This document shows positions 13,341 through 26,270 of a stretch of DNA of 64,000 nt, piece after piece. The stretch comes from the human T2T-CHM13v2.0 reference genome, Homo sapiens: NCBI RefSeq assembly GCF_009914755.1, contig NC_060931.1; one strand, given 5' to 3'. A model generated the notes under the pieces. It had not been told where the DNA came from. It did no database searches and saw nothing but the letters and a program-made list of their open reading frames with translations. Numbering within the stretch: position 1 is the first letter of the stretch; each line of letters begins with the position of its first letter. Made by a program: the position numbers and the translations under genes.

Positions 13341-16300
13341 GGCTGATGGGTGGAGCAAGATGGCAGATAGAAGGCTCCACTGATTGTCCCTCCATCAACG
13401 ACACCAATTTAACAACTAACTATACAAATAAAGCACATTCATAAGAAACAAAAATCAGGTAGGCACTCACAGTACCTGGTTTTAACTTCATATTGCTGAA
13501 ATAGGTACTGCAGAGGAAAGAAAAATAGTCTTGAATAGTCAATGCCACTCCTTTCCCATCCCCCTAGCAGGGGTGCTGTGGTGATGAGAGCATTTCTGTT
13601 CCCTGTGGAGAAGGAGAGCCAATAATTGTGATGCATTGAACTCAGTGTTGCCCTCATTATAGCAGAAAGCAAAACTAGACCAAACTCAGTCTCACCCATG
13701 AAGGGTGCATTTAAACCAGTCATAGCCAGAGAGGAATCACAAATCCCAGTGGTTGGAAATTAGGTTCCTATACTCCTTGCTACCACAGGCTAAAGTACTC
13801 TGGGGTGGCAAATTAATCTCAAACATAGATGAAGCCACTAGAACTGCAATGCCTAAGCAAGTTTTTGTTCTGAGCTGTGCCTAGGTACTACATTGAGGGC
13901 CTTGGGTGAGATGCTGAGACTTGCTGGACTCAGGTGAGACCCAGCACATTCCCAGCTATGGTGGCTGTGGGGCAATACTCCTGATTAAAAATAATAGAGG
14001 AAAAAGTAAAGGGGCTTTGTCTTGCACCTTAAGAACCAGCTCAGCCACAGTGGGGGTAGAGCACCAAGGAGGCTCCTGGTGTCCCAAATTCTAGGACTTC
14101 ACTCTTGGATAGAATTTCTGGACCTACCCAGGGCTGACCTACCCTCACCTGTAAGGTGAGCCCCAGGCTGGACAACATTTACTAGAAGCTGACTAAAGAG
14201 CCTGTGAGCCTTAAGGAAACCTTGGCAATAATCTGGTAATACCCCCCACTGGACTAAGGTGGCAGTGATTACAAGGTAAGGTACCTCTGCCTTTGGAATG
14301 GGGAGGGAAGAATGGGAAGGACTGTGCCTTGTCATTTGAGTGCCAGCTTAGCTGCAGTACAGTAGAACCCTAGGTGGACATCTAGTTTTTGATGCTAGGC
14401 CTTGGCTCCTGGACAGCATCCCTGGACCTACCCCAGGCCTGATGGAACTTGCCACCACCCAAAGGGAAGGAAATAGACCTGGGCTGGCTTTGCCAACTGC
14501 TGGTTGTAGCCCAGCCCTCTCCCAGGGCTTTGAGCAAAAACATAGGTGGTAGCCAGGAATTGGTTACAGCAGGCCTTGGATGAGATCCAGCACTGTACTG
14601 GATTCAGGTCTGACACAGCACAGTCCTAGGTGTCCTAGGGGTGGTGGACACAGGGGTGCTTGTGTCACTCCAACCCCAGTTTCAGGTGGCTCAGAACAGA
14701 GGTACAGATTTTGTTTGGGAAAAAGTAAGGGGAGAGTACAAGACTCTCTGCCTGGTAATTCAGAGACTTCTTCCAGAACTTGTCCAAGACTATCAAGGTG
14801 GTATCTCTACGAGACTGAAAGAACAACAGCACTAGTGGCCTTGGGGTCCCCCTAAAGCAGATAAAGCTTAGATTACAACATTCAAGTCTTTTCAAATATC
14901 TGGAAAGCCTTCCAAAGAAGGATGGGTACAAACAAGCCCAGACTGCAAGAACTACAATAAATAGCTAACTCTTCAATGCCCACACATAGACGAACATCTA
15001 CAAGTATCAAGATGATCCAGAAAAACATGACCTCACCATGGGAACTAAATGAGGCACAAGGAACCAGTCCTGAAGAAATAGAGATACGTGACCTTTCATA
15101 CACAGAATTCAAAATAGCTTTGTTAAGCAAACTAAAAGAAATTCAAGATAACACAGAGAATGAATTCAGAAATCTATCAGATAAATTTGACAGAGATTAA
15201 AATAATTAAAAATAATTAAGCAGAAATTCTGGAGTTGAAAAATGCAATTGTCATACTGAAGAATGCATCAGAGACTTTTAATAGCAGAATTGATCAAGCA
15301 GAAGAAAAAAATAGTGATCTTGAAGACAGGCTATTTGAAAATATAGTCAGAGGAAACAAAAGAAAAAATATAAAACAATAATACATTTCTACAGGAGCTA
15401 GAGAATAGACTCAAAAGAGCAAATCTAAGAGTTATTGGCTTTAAAGAGGAGATAGAAAAAGAGATAGGAGTAGAAAGATTAAAGAAATAATATCAGAGAA
15501 CTTCACGAACCTAGAGAAAGATATCAATATCCAAGTACAAGAAGGTTATAAAACACCAACAAGTTTATCCTAAAGAAGACTACATCAAGGCATCTAATAA
15601 TAAAACTCCCCAAAGGACAATAAAAAAAAAGAATTCTTAAAGCAACAGAAGAAAATAAACAAATAACATAAAACAGAGTTCCAATATGTCTGGTAGCACA
15701 CTTTTCAGTGGAAAACTTATAGGCCAGGAGAGTGTAGCATGACATATTTAAAGTGCTGAAGGGGGAAAAAAATCCCTTTTACCATAGAAGAGTATATCTG
15801 GTTAAATAAACTTCAAACATGAAGGAGGAAAAAAAGACCTTCCAAGATAAAGAAAAGCTGAGGAATTTAACCAACACCAGACATGTCTTTCAAGGAATGC
15901 TAAAAGGAGTACTTAAATCAGAAAGAAAACAATGTTAATGGGCAATAAGAACTCATCGAAGGTACAAAACTCACTGGTAATAATAAGTACACAAAAATAC
16001 ATAGAATATTATAACACTATAACTGTGGTGTGAAAACTATTCTTAAATGGAAAGACAAAATGATGAACTAATCAAAAATAACAACTACAACAACTTTTCA
16101 AGACATATTCAGTACAACAAGGTATAAATATTAACAACAAGAAGTTAAAAAGCAAGGGAATGAAGTTATGGCATAGAGTCATTATTAGTTTTTCTTGTTC
16201 CTTGTTTGTGTCTTTGTTTATGCAAACAGTGTTATGTTGTTATCAGCTTAAAATAATGACTTATAAAATAGTATTGCCACATGGTAACCTCAAATCAAAG

Positions 16301-18017
16301 AAGATACAAAAGATACCTAAAAACAAAAGGAAGAAAATAAGTCAATCACTTCACTAAAAGACAGAAAAGAAAAAAAAAGAGAGAGAGAGAGAAAAAAAAA
16401 GACCACAAAAAAACCAGAAAACAAATAACACAATGGCAGGAGTAAGTCCTCACTTAGCAACAATAACATTGATTATAAATGAACTAAAGCTTCCAACAGA
16501 AAGACATATAGTGGCTGAATGGATGAAAAAACCAAAACCCTTTGATCTGTTGCCTACACAAAAGACACTTTACCTATAATGGCACACATAGAGTGAAAAT
16601 AAAGGTATGAAAAAAGATATTCTATGCCAATGGAAACCAAAAAAGAGCAAGAGTAGCTATACTTATGTCAAACAAAATAGATTTTAAGACAAAAACTGTA
16701 AGAAGAAACAAACAAGTAAGGTCTGATAAAGCTAGAATATATAAAAAATTTAAACTATATATGCTCCAATAGTCTTTAACATCTAACTTTCAGCATTGAA
16801 AAAATCTTCCTGACACAAAATCAACAAAGAAATATTGGACTTAATCTGCATTATAGAACAAACAGATCTAACAGATATTTACAGAATATTCTATCCAGTA
16901 CTTGCAGAATACACGTTTTCTTCAGCACATGGATTATTCTCACAGAATGGAAGAAAATATTTGCAAACTACCCATCGAACAAGGGGTTAATTACCAAAAT
17001 ACATAAGGAGCTGAAACAGCTCTGTAAGAAAAAAAATCTAATAATCCAACTAAAAATGGGCAAATATTTGAATAGACATTTCTGAAAAGAAGATATACAA
17101 ATGGCAAACAGAAATATGATTAGGTGTTTAACATCATTTATCATCAGAGAAATAAATGCAACTCAAAACTACAATGAGATATCATCTCACCATGGTTAAA
17201 ATAGCTTATACCCCAAAGACAGGCAATAACAAATACTGGTGAGGATGTGTAGGAAAGGGAACCCTTGTACACTCTTGTTGGGAATGTAAATTAGTGTAAC
17301 ACCATGCAGAATAGTTTGAGGGATCCTCAAAAAGCTAAAAATATAGCTACCATACATACCAACAATTCCACAGCTAGGTATATACCCAAAAGAAAATCAA
17401 TTTATTGAAGAAATGTTTGCACTCCTGTGTTTGTTGTAGCTCTGTTCACACTAGCCAAGATTTGGAAGCAACCTAACATTCCATCAATAGATGAATGGAT
17501 AAAGAAAATATGGTATTTATACACAATGGAGCACTACTGAGACATGAAAAAAAATGAGTTCCTGCCATTTGCAATAACATGAATGGAACTGGATGTCATT
17601 ATGTTAAGCAAAATAAGCCAGGCACAGAGAGACAACGTTCACATGTTCTCACTTATTTGTGGGATCTAAAAACCAAAACAATTGAACTCATTAATATAGA
17701 TAATAGAAGGATGGTTATCAGAGTTTGGGAGGGGTAGTGGGGAAATGACGGGGAGCTGCGGATAGTTAATGGAAACAAAATATAGTTACAATGAATGAAT
17801 GAGACCTGGTATTTGATAGCACAACATGGTGACTGTAATTAGTTATAATGTGTTAATTTTGAAATAATTAAAAGAGTATAATTGGATTGTTTTTAACAGA
17901 AAGGATAAATTCTTGAGGGGATAGATACTCTGTCTTCCATGATATGATTATTACACATTGTATACCTATATCAAAACATCTCATGTACTCCATAGAATAT
18001 GCACTTAAAAAAATAAA
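13341..18017 (+). mobile_element. L1MA1-3-type LINE-1 with 5'UTR, decayed ORF1, partial ORF2 and 3'UTR, nested in the ERV; ~2.5 kb ORF2 deletion at ~16941
   Basis: 5' start ggtggagcaagatggc; ORF1 remnants (ORF 14976-15200, EFKIALLSKLKEIQDNTENEFRNLSDKF); ORF2 start atggcaggagtaagtcct at ~16433; L1MA-type 3'UTR (tatttgatagcacaaca...tcaaaacatctcatgtac) and A tail. Confidence 0.9.
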
Positions 18018-20396
18018 GAAATTGCTTATCAGTTTTTTCACTAAAAATAAAAGTTTGTTAAGAGTTAACATTGTAACATAAGTAATTTGGACTGCTGAAG
18101 AAACAGTTTTACATTCGAGGCATATAAGGAAAGTAGAATGTGTTCTTGGCGAAAGGTTATAAGACATGGAAATATGCTTTTTGTTAAAGGAAAAGTAGTT
18201 TTGTATATATTAGAGGGGTTTTATTGTATTGTACTGTTAAAAGAATGATAAAACAAAACTGAATATTCATGCAAGTTGTAAAACATTCATAAGAGATTGA
18301 TTTATAAAGGATTTTCTATGTGTGTAAGCAAATTTGCCCAAATTTAAATGGGATTATTCAATATGCAATATTCAAAATTATTCAATTTGTTTTTCAATGA
18401 ATTATACATTAAAGCACATTGACGCAGGGCTAGCATCAGTTATTTCAGAATAACAAGATTTTCTTGTAGCATTGATTTGCTCTATAATAGAAAATTACAA
18501 AAGTTATAAGAGGTTTATGAATATCTCACTTTATGGTCAAACAGATTAAAACTAGATTTATTTACAAAATCTTCTTAAAAGTAGCTTTAGCATGAATGAT
18601 ACACTAATACAAAGGTCAAATTTGGTTTTCTCTTTTAAACTTTTTTTTTAGAATATTGAGATATAATGAAAGTTTGTTTAAGCGCCTTTTGATTAAACTG
18701 CAGGAAAAAGTGAAAAAATAGGGAAGATGGAAGAAACAGATTCAGTTGGCCTCATCCCATCTTTACTGTTTGGAAAGCTGAGTCTCCCTTCTAACAACAA
18801 GAAAGGTTTTTTCATATTTGAAATCTATGAGCTATAACTTCTGCTAAATGAATAATTTGTGATCCTATTCTGTGATATCCAGTGTTTTAAATCTTTGATA
18901 TTTGACAAAGCTTTCAAAATCGAAATTTCAAGTTATAAACTAAGTCCTTTTGATCTCATTTACCTTTTAGATACTAAGTTCCCAAGAGCCCGAAAGAGAT
19001 ATTTGGCTTATTTGTTATGTTACAGTCACAAGGAAGCATTGTCAGGTATAAAATGGTGTTTGTCTTTCTTTGGGCTGTCTTTGTATAAATGGGTCCTTGG
19101 TGTGTATTTCAGAATTGTGTGAGACTTCTATAATTCTGATATGACAGTGTATACTATTAGTAAAAATTGATTGTTATGTTAAATTCTTGTGTGCCACACA
19201 AATGACCCAATTTCTCTGTCAATTTTGTCTTTAACTGTGGTTATTCTAAGACTTTTGTCATCCACAATTGTTATACTTTGATTCTTTTCAAAAGGTGCTT
19301 TTAAAATCAACTATAAGACTCTGTCGGGTGCTGTTAAATGCAGGTTCCCCCAAAATTTGGAAATAATGTCATTGAAATAAAGAAAAAAACTTTCCAGGAC
19401 TCTCATGGAGAGCCCAATATAAAGTAAAACAGAAGTTAATTGCATGAACTGACTTAATAGAAGACTACGATAATCTTGTTATGATGTTTTGCTTAAAACA
19501 TTGCTAATTATTTTTGTTTTGTATTTCAGAGTCAAGAAAACATATTTTCTTTTGAGCCATTTACAACATTTAATAGTTGAGTAAAGTATACTACCGTGAG
19601 AAAAAATAGAACATATCTATATGTCTCTACATGATTTCTCCAGAATTTTGAAAAAATTGTGAGCATTCTTAGTTTATGGCAATATAGTTATTTGCGTAAG
19701 TTCAATAAGAATCTGTTTTCTTTTGTAACACAACAGAATTGGAGACACTGGTTATTTTACTAAGACTTTGAATCAAATGGCATGTTTTCAGACTGCTTTA
19801 AGAAATTGAAGTTGACCTATAGAGCTGATAAAAGCCTTTTGGAAAAACTGTCCTCATATCTTGTTCTGTACAGAGTTTCTAACCCTGTAAAATATCTCAC
19901 TTTCTGGCAGGCCCAGGAACCCCAAGTTATTTTTGGACTTCAAGAAGAGAGAAATTCACTCAATTTATACAGGTATCTGCAGGCACAAATAAATCCTTGG
20001 CTGGATTCAAGAGGCTTTTAAAAGACCTAATTTGAGATTCCTTATGAAAAACTTCCAGCAAAGCCATAAAAAAAAAAAAAAAAAAGCCTATCTGGCTACA
20101 AATTAGGTCAACTGTGATAAGACTAAAGCTTATTTTGCAAATAAATTGGTCCTACTCTGATGTGTCTTTGGCAGAAATGTAGAGAGAAAAATTATGTTTC
20201 ACAAAAACTATAGTACACTTATTAGATTGCAGCCCTGTTCATTGTTTTTGAGTCTCTCTGATGACCCAACATTTGATAGGTTCTCGGGGTTATTCACATA
20301 GATCTCTCAAGGCTTCGAATTAGCTCTCTATGGACTCCTGAAGCTAGGGCTTTCACTCCTGTGATAGCGCTTACTAAAACTGTGGATAAGAGTGCC

Positions 20397-21007
20397 TGAA
20401 GCAGCTACATTGCCTGGGTATATGCTCTGGGGTTCGTTGTCTCACGCCAGGAAAATTTAGGACATGGACACACAGTAGGAGCTTAGGAATGGAGGTTTAG
20501 TAGGCAGAAGAGAAGAGGAAGAGAAACAGCTTTCTTTATATATAGAGAGGGGGTCTCTGAGCAGAAAGGACCAGCTGGCAGTGGATGTGCTGGAATTTAT
20601 AGTCCAGTTTGAGGAGGTAGTGTCTGATTTATGTAGGGCTCACAGATTGGTTTGATCAGATATGACACTTACATCTTTCGTGAAGAAGGCTGGTGGCCTC
20701 ACCCTAATCTTATTATGCAAATGAATTCTCCTTGGCTGGCACCATCTTGTCTGTTCCTTACTGTACATGTGGCTGGCAGAGAAGGGAAAATGGAGCCACC
20801 ATCTTGAACATGTCTGGTCCCTAGCTCCTGCTGGCATTCACCTGTGCAAGCTCCCAGCTTGCTTGTCTGTGTCTGAAGTTTGACTTTACAGGATGCTCTT
20901 TGTTAGAAAATAATTTGGGGCTGCTTTTCATCAAAAAGAAAAGCCTTACCAAGGACTCCTGTACCCCCACTGTCTGCCTAAGTGATTTCTTCTTAATTCC
21001 TGTATCA
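20397..21007 (-). mobile_element. LTR9-family (HUERS-P3) solo LTR nested in the ERV
   Basis: TG...CA termini; reverse complement begins tgatacaggaattaagaagaaatcacttaggcagacag and contains agcaagctgggagcttgcacaggtgaatgcc; flanks gtgcc/gtact. Confidence 0.8.
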
Positions 21008-21227
21008 GTACTAATGTTTTTGCTATGTGGATGTCGAAATTTAAAGCAGACACCAGTGAATATATACAGACAACTGCAAGATGATTTCACTCCTTTTACC
21101 CTAAGAGCAACCCTTACCACAACTATGCATCCTGTCAGCAAGAAGAAGTTAGAGTAGTTGCCAGTCTTTCTCATCTCCATGGCTCACACCTCGGAACTGA
21201 GTCAATCTGAAGCCCAAGTTGGGTGCT

Positions 21228-21910
21228 TAAATAACCTTTACAGAAATTTTAACACAGAGAAATCTAAAGTAACTACGTCTTGCTTCTAGTTTCAAAGGTT
21301 GGCTGTCTTCACTCATTCCTTGGCATAAGGCAAAACTAACCATGCAGAAATTTAGTTTATAATTTAGCTTTGAAGCAAAGGTGATAATAGGCCTTCTTGA
21401 AACTGATCCCTTCCTTGTTCAGTGACTGAAATCACCTTTGTAAAACTAATGAAAGGCCACAAGATTAGGATCATGGGCGGGTCCTGAATTCTGCTAAAAT
21501 GTAGGCGTCCTTTGCTGCTTAGAAGTCATGTGTCCAGAGATCATAAGATTTATGACATCCCTAATTGCTCCTACAGATAGCATCACTATTGTAGAGCCTA
21601 AGATTGGTCTTTGGAGATGTTTTTGACTACTTTTGAATTCTCAGGACTGACTGACCCCACCCAGACTCATGACTCCTGGCTCAACTGGTTCTGTGGTCTC
21701 CCTCCCTAAAGGCAGCCTCAGTGTATGAAGACCATTTTCCCTGCCCCTATGATTGCATCCCCAACCAATCAGCAGCACCCATCTCCTAGTACGCTACCCA
21801 CTAAACTATGCTTCAAAAACCCAAAACTTCAAGCCTTTAGGGAGATTGATTTGAGTAATAAATTTATCTCTTGTATGGCTAATCTTGTGTTAAACTCTTT
21901 CTTCAATACA
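21228..21910 (+). mobile_element. 3' LTR (U3+R only), LTR8A/B-like
   Basis: LTR8-type motifs (gtcttgcttcta, tttagtttataatttagctttgaagcaaag, ctaatgaaaggccacaagattag, ccaaccaatcagcagcaccc); stops at caataca, followed by ctaataataataaaaaaa. Confidence 0.85.
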
Positions 21911-22604
21911 CTAATAATAATAAAAAAATGGTGTTGGAGATCAGGAAATAACTACATTGCAAGGTAATTTATTGTAAATTATAGCTTGGAGTATTATGTT
22001 TTAGCAGACTATTTCCTCTCAAAAGAGACTGGAATCCTTTCCTACAAGTAGAATCTGAGAGACATTTTTCTTAACTAGAGATAGATTTATGCCTAAGTAT
22101 TTTATGCGTTTGAAATGTTCTTGTTTTCTAACATGCTTTTATTAAGATAAATAACCATATTAGTCAAAAATTTTAGATATATTACTACTTACCTGGTTTG
22201 ATTTGCACAGACTTTTTTGGTAATAATTTCTCTTAAACTAGGTTGTGAGTACCTAGAGCTGAGGCATTGTGATGTGTTCATCTATATAATTCAGGAACTG
22301 TGCACTTAAAATTGAATTAGCCCCAACTGGAACTGAATTAGCCCCACATGTAAGTCCTCAAGTATCCTAGATTCATTATTACTTTGAATGAGGGAGCACT
22401 TCAGAAGACTTAGCCTGACAAGTGATCATCAGATAACGAGTCATCAAGTGTGCTATGCTGGCATTAATCGAGCTTCACAAATTGAATTTATTTCTATTTC
22501 CTGCTTGTTATTGCTAGAAATGGAATTCTTGTGGGAAAAAATTCATCTATTGATCTCCCTATCATTTCTACTTTGCTACACTTGGCTCATTTCAGCAAAA
22601 GTCC

Positions 22605-23155
22605 CAGTCCTTTTATTCAATAAACAAATATTTATGGCTACATTTTATGTTCCAGGCACTGTTCTAAGTGCTTGGCATATGTCATTGAAGGAAACACTGA
22701 TCGCTTTCCTAATACAATTCACATTTAAGTAGGGTTGGGGAGGCAGATACAGAAAACGCATGAAATGGATAATATGCCAAAAGAAGAAAAGTGGTAAAGG
22801 AAAAAACAGAACAGGGTAAGGAATATCTGGAGTAAGAAAAGTAGGAGTGTTTCACATTGCATTTTATGGAGGTGGTCATTGAGATGGTGATGTCTGAGCA
22901 AATAAAAGAATTAATCTCAGAAAAAATCCTTTTATGTACAGAGCAGTCAGTGCAAAGGCTCTAAGTTGGAGGTACATGTAGTATTTATAAATGATGAGTC
23001 CAAGAGCTGGAGCAGTCAAAGTAAGAGGGAGAGCAAAGTAAGAGGGAGAGACAAGGTTACAAAACTAGTAAAGGGGTCAATTCAAGCACTGTCTGGTCAT
23101 TATAAAGACTTATTTTTGCTCTGAATAAAAATGGGAGCCAAGGCAGGGTTCTGTT
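22605..23155 (-). mobile_element. L2 3' portion
   Basis: ttattcaataaacaaatatttat...ccaggcactgttctaagtgcttgg; later gtgcaaaggctctaag and tgggagccaaggcagggtt; contains a 17-bp tandem duplication at ~23017-23050. Confidence 0.8.
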
Positions 23156-24025
23156 CAAATCTCCTATGTTTTTATAGCCTCTATCTTTATTTCCTCTATT
23201 AATAATAGGAGTACATCAAAATATCCCATTATAGTAGTAGATTTGTCTATTTCCCTGTAGTCTTAAAAGTTTTGCTTTAAATGTTTTATTAGGTGAATAT
23301 AAGTTAAGAACTGTCATAAATCCATGGTGAATTTGATGTTTTAAAATCATTATATAGAGGCTACTACTAATAAAGCTGTTTTTGTACAAAAAATTATTTT
23401 GTCTGAGAGTAATATGTAACTATTACAATGCCTTTTGGCTATTATTTGTCTGATGGATTTCTTTTTTTCATTTTATTACTTTCTACTTTTCTTTAGCTTA
23501 TGGATATATTTTAGAGAAGAAGCATACAGCTTGATGATGGTTTTGCTTGTTTCCTTGTTTTCTTTTTATCTTTTCCAATTCTATCTGATATTCTTTACAT
23601 TTTCACTGACCCATATTTTATTATTTTTACATTTTTAGTTATTGTGCTTTCTACATCTTCTGTATTTTTATGTTCTTTCATTATTTTTTGTCTTATTTTA
23701 TGAATTGATTACTTGCATTGTTTTTAGATTTATTTTATTGATTATATATGTTAATTTGAGAAGTATAAACATAATTTCACTTTATAAAGCATATGCTTTG
23801 AAAATTTACTGTGCACATTTAACTGGATATTAAATTAAATAATACCTTAGTTGTTACTGGATAAACATAAGAATCTTAGGAAATTCCAGTTTGATTATTT
23901 TAAATGCTAATATTGTCCAGTAGTTTATCTTCTTTTTAAAAAGAGTAAAACCAAATAAAAACATCATTATTATAAGGATTACTTTTATATATTATCTATT
24001 AAGTTGTATTTATTTCCCCAGAGGG
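23156..24025 (-). mobile_element. Ancient L1M fragment (ORF2 5' part / inter-ORF region)
   Basis: tatagtagtagatttgtctatttccc, ttattaggtgaatataagttaagaactg: antisense L1M endonuclease-region pattern. Confidence 0.6.
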
Positions 24026-24028
24026 AGT

Positions 24029-24368
24029 GTTACAGCACTCTTTTAGCTCTGCCATCTGCAGACAGTTTAAGTGTTAACAGCTCAGTGGGCCCTCTGTCAT
24101 TTTGCATAAAGTGGTTGCTTTCCATCAGTGTGGGCAAAGGGGAAGTGTGATAGCCTTTTGTATTCATACTCGTGGCACCTGAGCTCTTGTATGGCTTCCA
24201 GGAGAAATGGTGTCCCACAAGCAAATTGAAGGATGGCAAATGCAGGCAATTTTATTGCTGATGTAGGTGGCTCTCAGTGGGAAGGGGAGCTGAAAAGGGG
24301 ATAGTTCAGGAAGGTAATTTTGCCCTGCAGTCCGGTCAAGGGACCCACTACGTTCCACTCCTCACTGG
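24029..24368 (-). mobile_element. Partial ERV1 LTR (LTR1/LTR28 group), 3' end only
   Basis: Starts tgttacagc; cctgagctcttg and aattttattg...ggtggctctcag are shared with the LTR at 6305-6937; truncated before a (TG)n/(TA)n tract. Confidence 0.7.
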
Positions 24369-24376
24369 ACGAATTT

Positions 24377-24377
<1 letters not shown>

Positions 24378-24415
<38 letters not shown>

Positions 24416-24475
24416 ATATATAATTATAATTTTATTTATATAATTATATAATATAGAATTATATTACATATATAT
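24378..24475. repeat. (TG)n plus AT-rich low-complexity tract
   Basis: Seen directly. Confidence 0.9.
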
Positions 24476-26270
24476 TTCTTTTTGCATTTTTTTCTTAGCA
24501 TTTCAGTTGAAAGTTTTTCTTGATTTGGCTTCACGTTCACTTCAGCTGTGTCACATTTACAGACGAATCATTTGAAGTCATACATCATTTCTATTTTTGT
24601 GTTTCGTACTTCTAGGATTTCCTTCTGATTATTTTATAGTGTTCATCTCTCTGCTTACATCATCCATCTGTACTTTTATTGTGTCTCTTCATTTCATTAG
24701 AACCTATAATATATTATAACCTATAATTTATTAATCATAGTTATTTTAAATTCTCTGCCTGATAATTCCTACATCTGTGTCACATTTGAGTCTGGTTCTG
24801 ATGATTGCATTTTCTCTTCAGAGAGTGTTATATTTCATAGCTTTTAGCATGCCTTCTCAATATATGGTGACAGCTGGACATGATATATTGGGTAATAAGA
24901 ACTGAGGTAAATAGGCTCTTACTGTGAGGATTTATGCTAATATGCCTGGGAGCTGTGAAGTTTTTAAGGTTTGTTGTAGATGTAGGTGCCAGAAGCTTCC
25001 ATGTCTTTTAGTATCCTTGATTTCTCTCCTCTCTTGACCTTGGGCTTCTGGAAGTACTCCTTCTTAGATAGAGTCTGTGTCTTACACCTCTTTACCTGTT
25101 ATCTTTATTACTGCACCACAACCCTGGTGTTAAGTTGTAAGAGAAGGTAAATGTTGTACAGTCATACAACTAAACTTTATTCTTTAAATGGGTTTGTGTC
25201 TCAGGACTGTGACATCATATTTTAAAATGTTATCATACTTAAAACAAATATGATAGCCCCTCCCCAAGACTACCTATCTATCTATCTATCTAGATAGAAA
25301 TATATATATAGATAGAAATATATTTCTTTTTGCATTTTTTTCTTTTGGCATTTCAGTTGAAAATTTTTCTTGATCTGGCTTCCAGTTCACTTCAGCTGTG
25401 TCAAATTTAGAGATTAATCCTTTGAAGACATATTTTATTTCTATTATTATGTTTTGTACTTCTAGAATTTCCTTCTGATTCTTTTATAGTTGTCATCTCT
25501 CTCCTTATATCACCCATGTGTACTTTCACTTTGTCTCTTCATTTCATTAGAACCTATATTAACCATAGTTATTTTAAATTCCCTGCCCGATAATTCCCCC
25601 TTATTCCCCATCCTCTTCCTGTTTACAGCATTTTGTTTGTAACTTTAGTCCCTTAAACCTTATTTATCATACTCCCCCTCCCTTAGATGAGATAAAAAAG
25701 GTGGAGGGAACTACAGTTCCGAGGGATTACCTATCCCCAGCTGTTATAAAGGTTCAGAATTATCCATTGGCAAAGTATTTTCTCCTAAAGAATAGACATT
25801 TTTACAGAGAAGGCTCTGGATATGCCTATTCCCCAATGCACTGAGCATCTTCATTCCTACCTCCACACAAGGAAGAGAGAATTCTTCAGAGATCCTAACA
25901 AAGAAAACCTGGTGAGGTTTCTAGAGGAAAGGATGAAAATGTGGGAGGTCTTCCTAAGACTACAGCCTCCAAGAGTTTTCTCATTTTTGTGCTAGCTCAC
26001 ACTCAACCTCAAGTAAATCAAAATTAGTATTTAAATGTTCCCAGCAGTTATGGCTTCAATGGCTGTTCTAAATAAAGTAGACCTTAGTTGCTCTATCTCC
26101 CTGGATGAATTTGTTTCTCCAGCTTTTCGAGTATTAGTTTGTCCTTAAAGTTGATTTTTTGATGGACCCAAAAAAAGTAACCGATTCTAAGTTTTTCCAA
26201 CTATTTTTTGCTGCAAGGATAGATGAGATGACATTCAAGAACATTACGTGGTGAATTTGATACCAGAAGT
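24472..26270 (-). mobile_element. Ancient L1M 5' region fragment containing a local ~280-bp duplication
   Basis: ttctaggatttccttctgatt, atagttattttaaattctctgcctgataattcc, gagtctggttctgatgattgc are antisense L1M ORF1/5'UTR patterns. Confidence 0.6.

Larger units (their letters stand above)
10518..21928 (+). mobile_element. LTR8/MER4-group (HUERS-P1-like) ERV in processed-mRNA form: R-U5-PBS-internal-U3-R-poly(A), ~6.1 kb without nested inserts
   Basis: 5' LTR only ~135 bp (10518-10655), tRNA-Pro PBS, non-coding internal region, 3' LTR 21228-21910 lacking U5 and followed by an A-rich tail; degenerate 16-bp TSD. Confidence 0.85.

Noticed and set aside
10656-21227. gag/pol/env coding capacity in the ERV internal region
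   Set aside because: No long ORF and no recognisable retroviral protein motifs in the ORF track.
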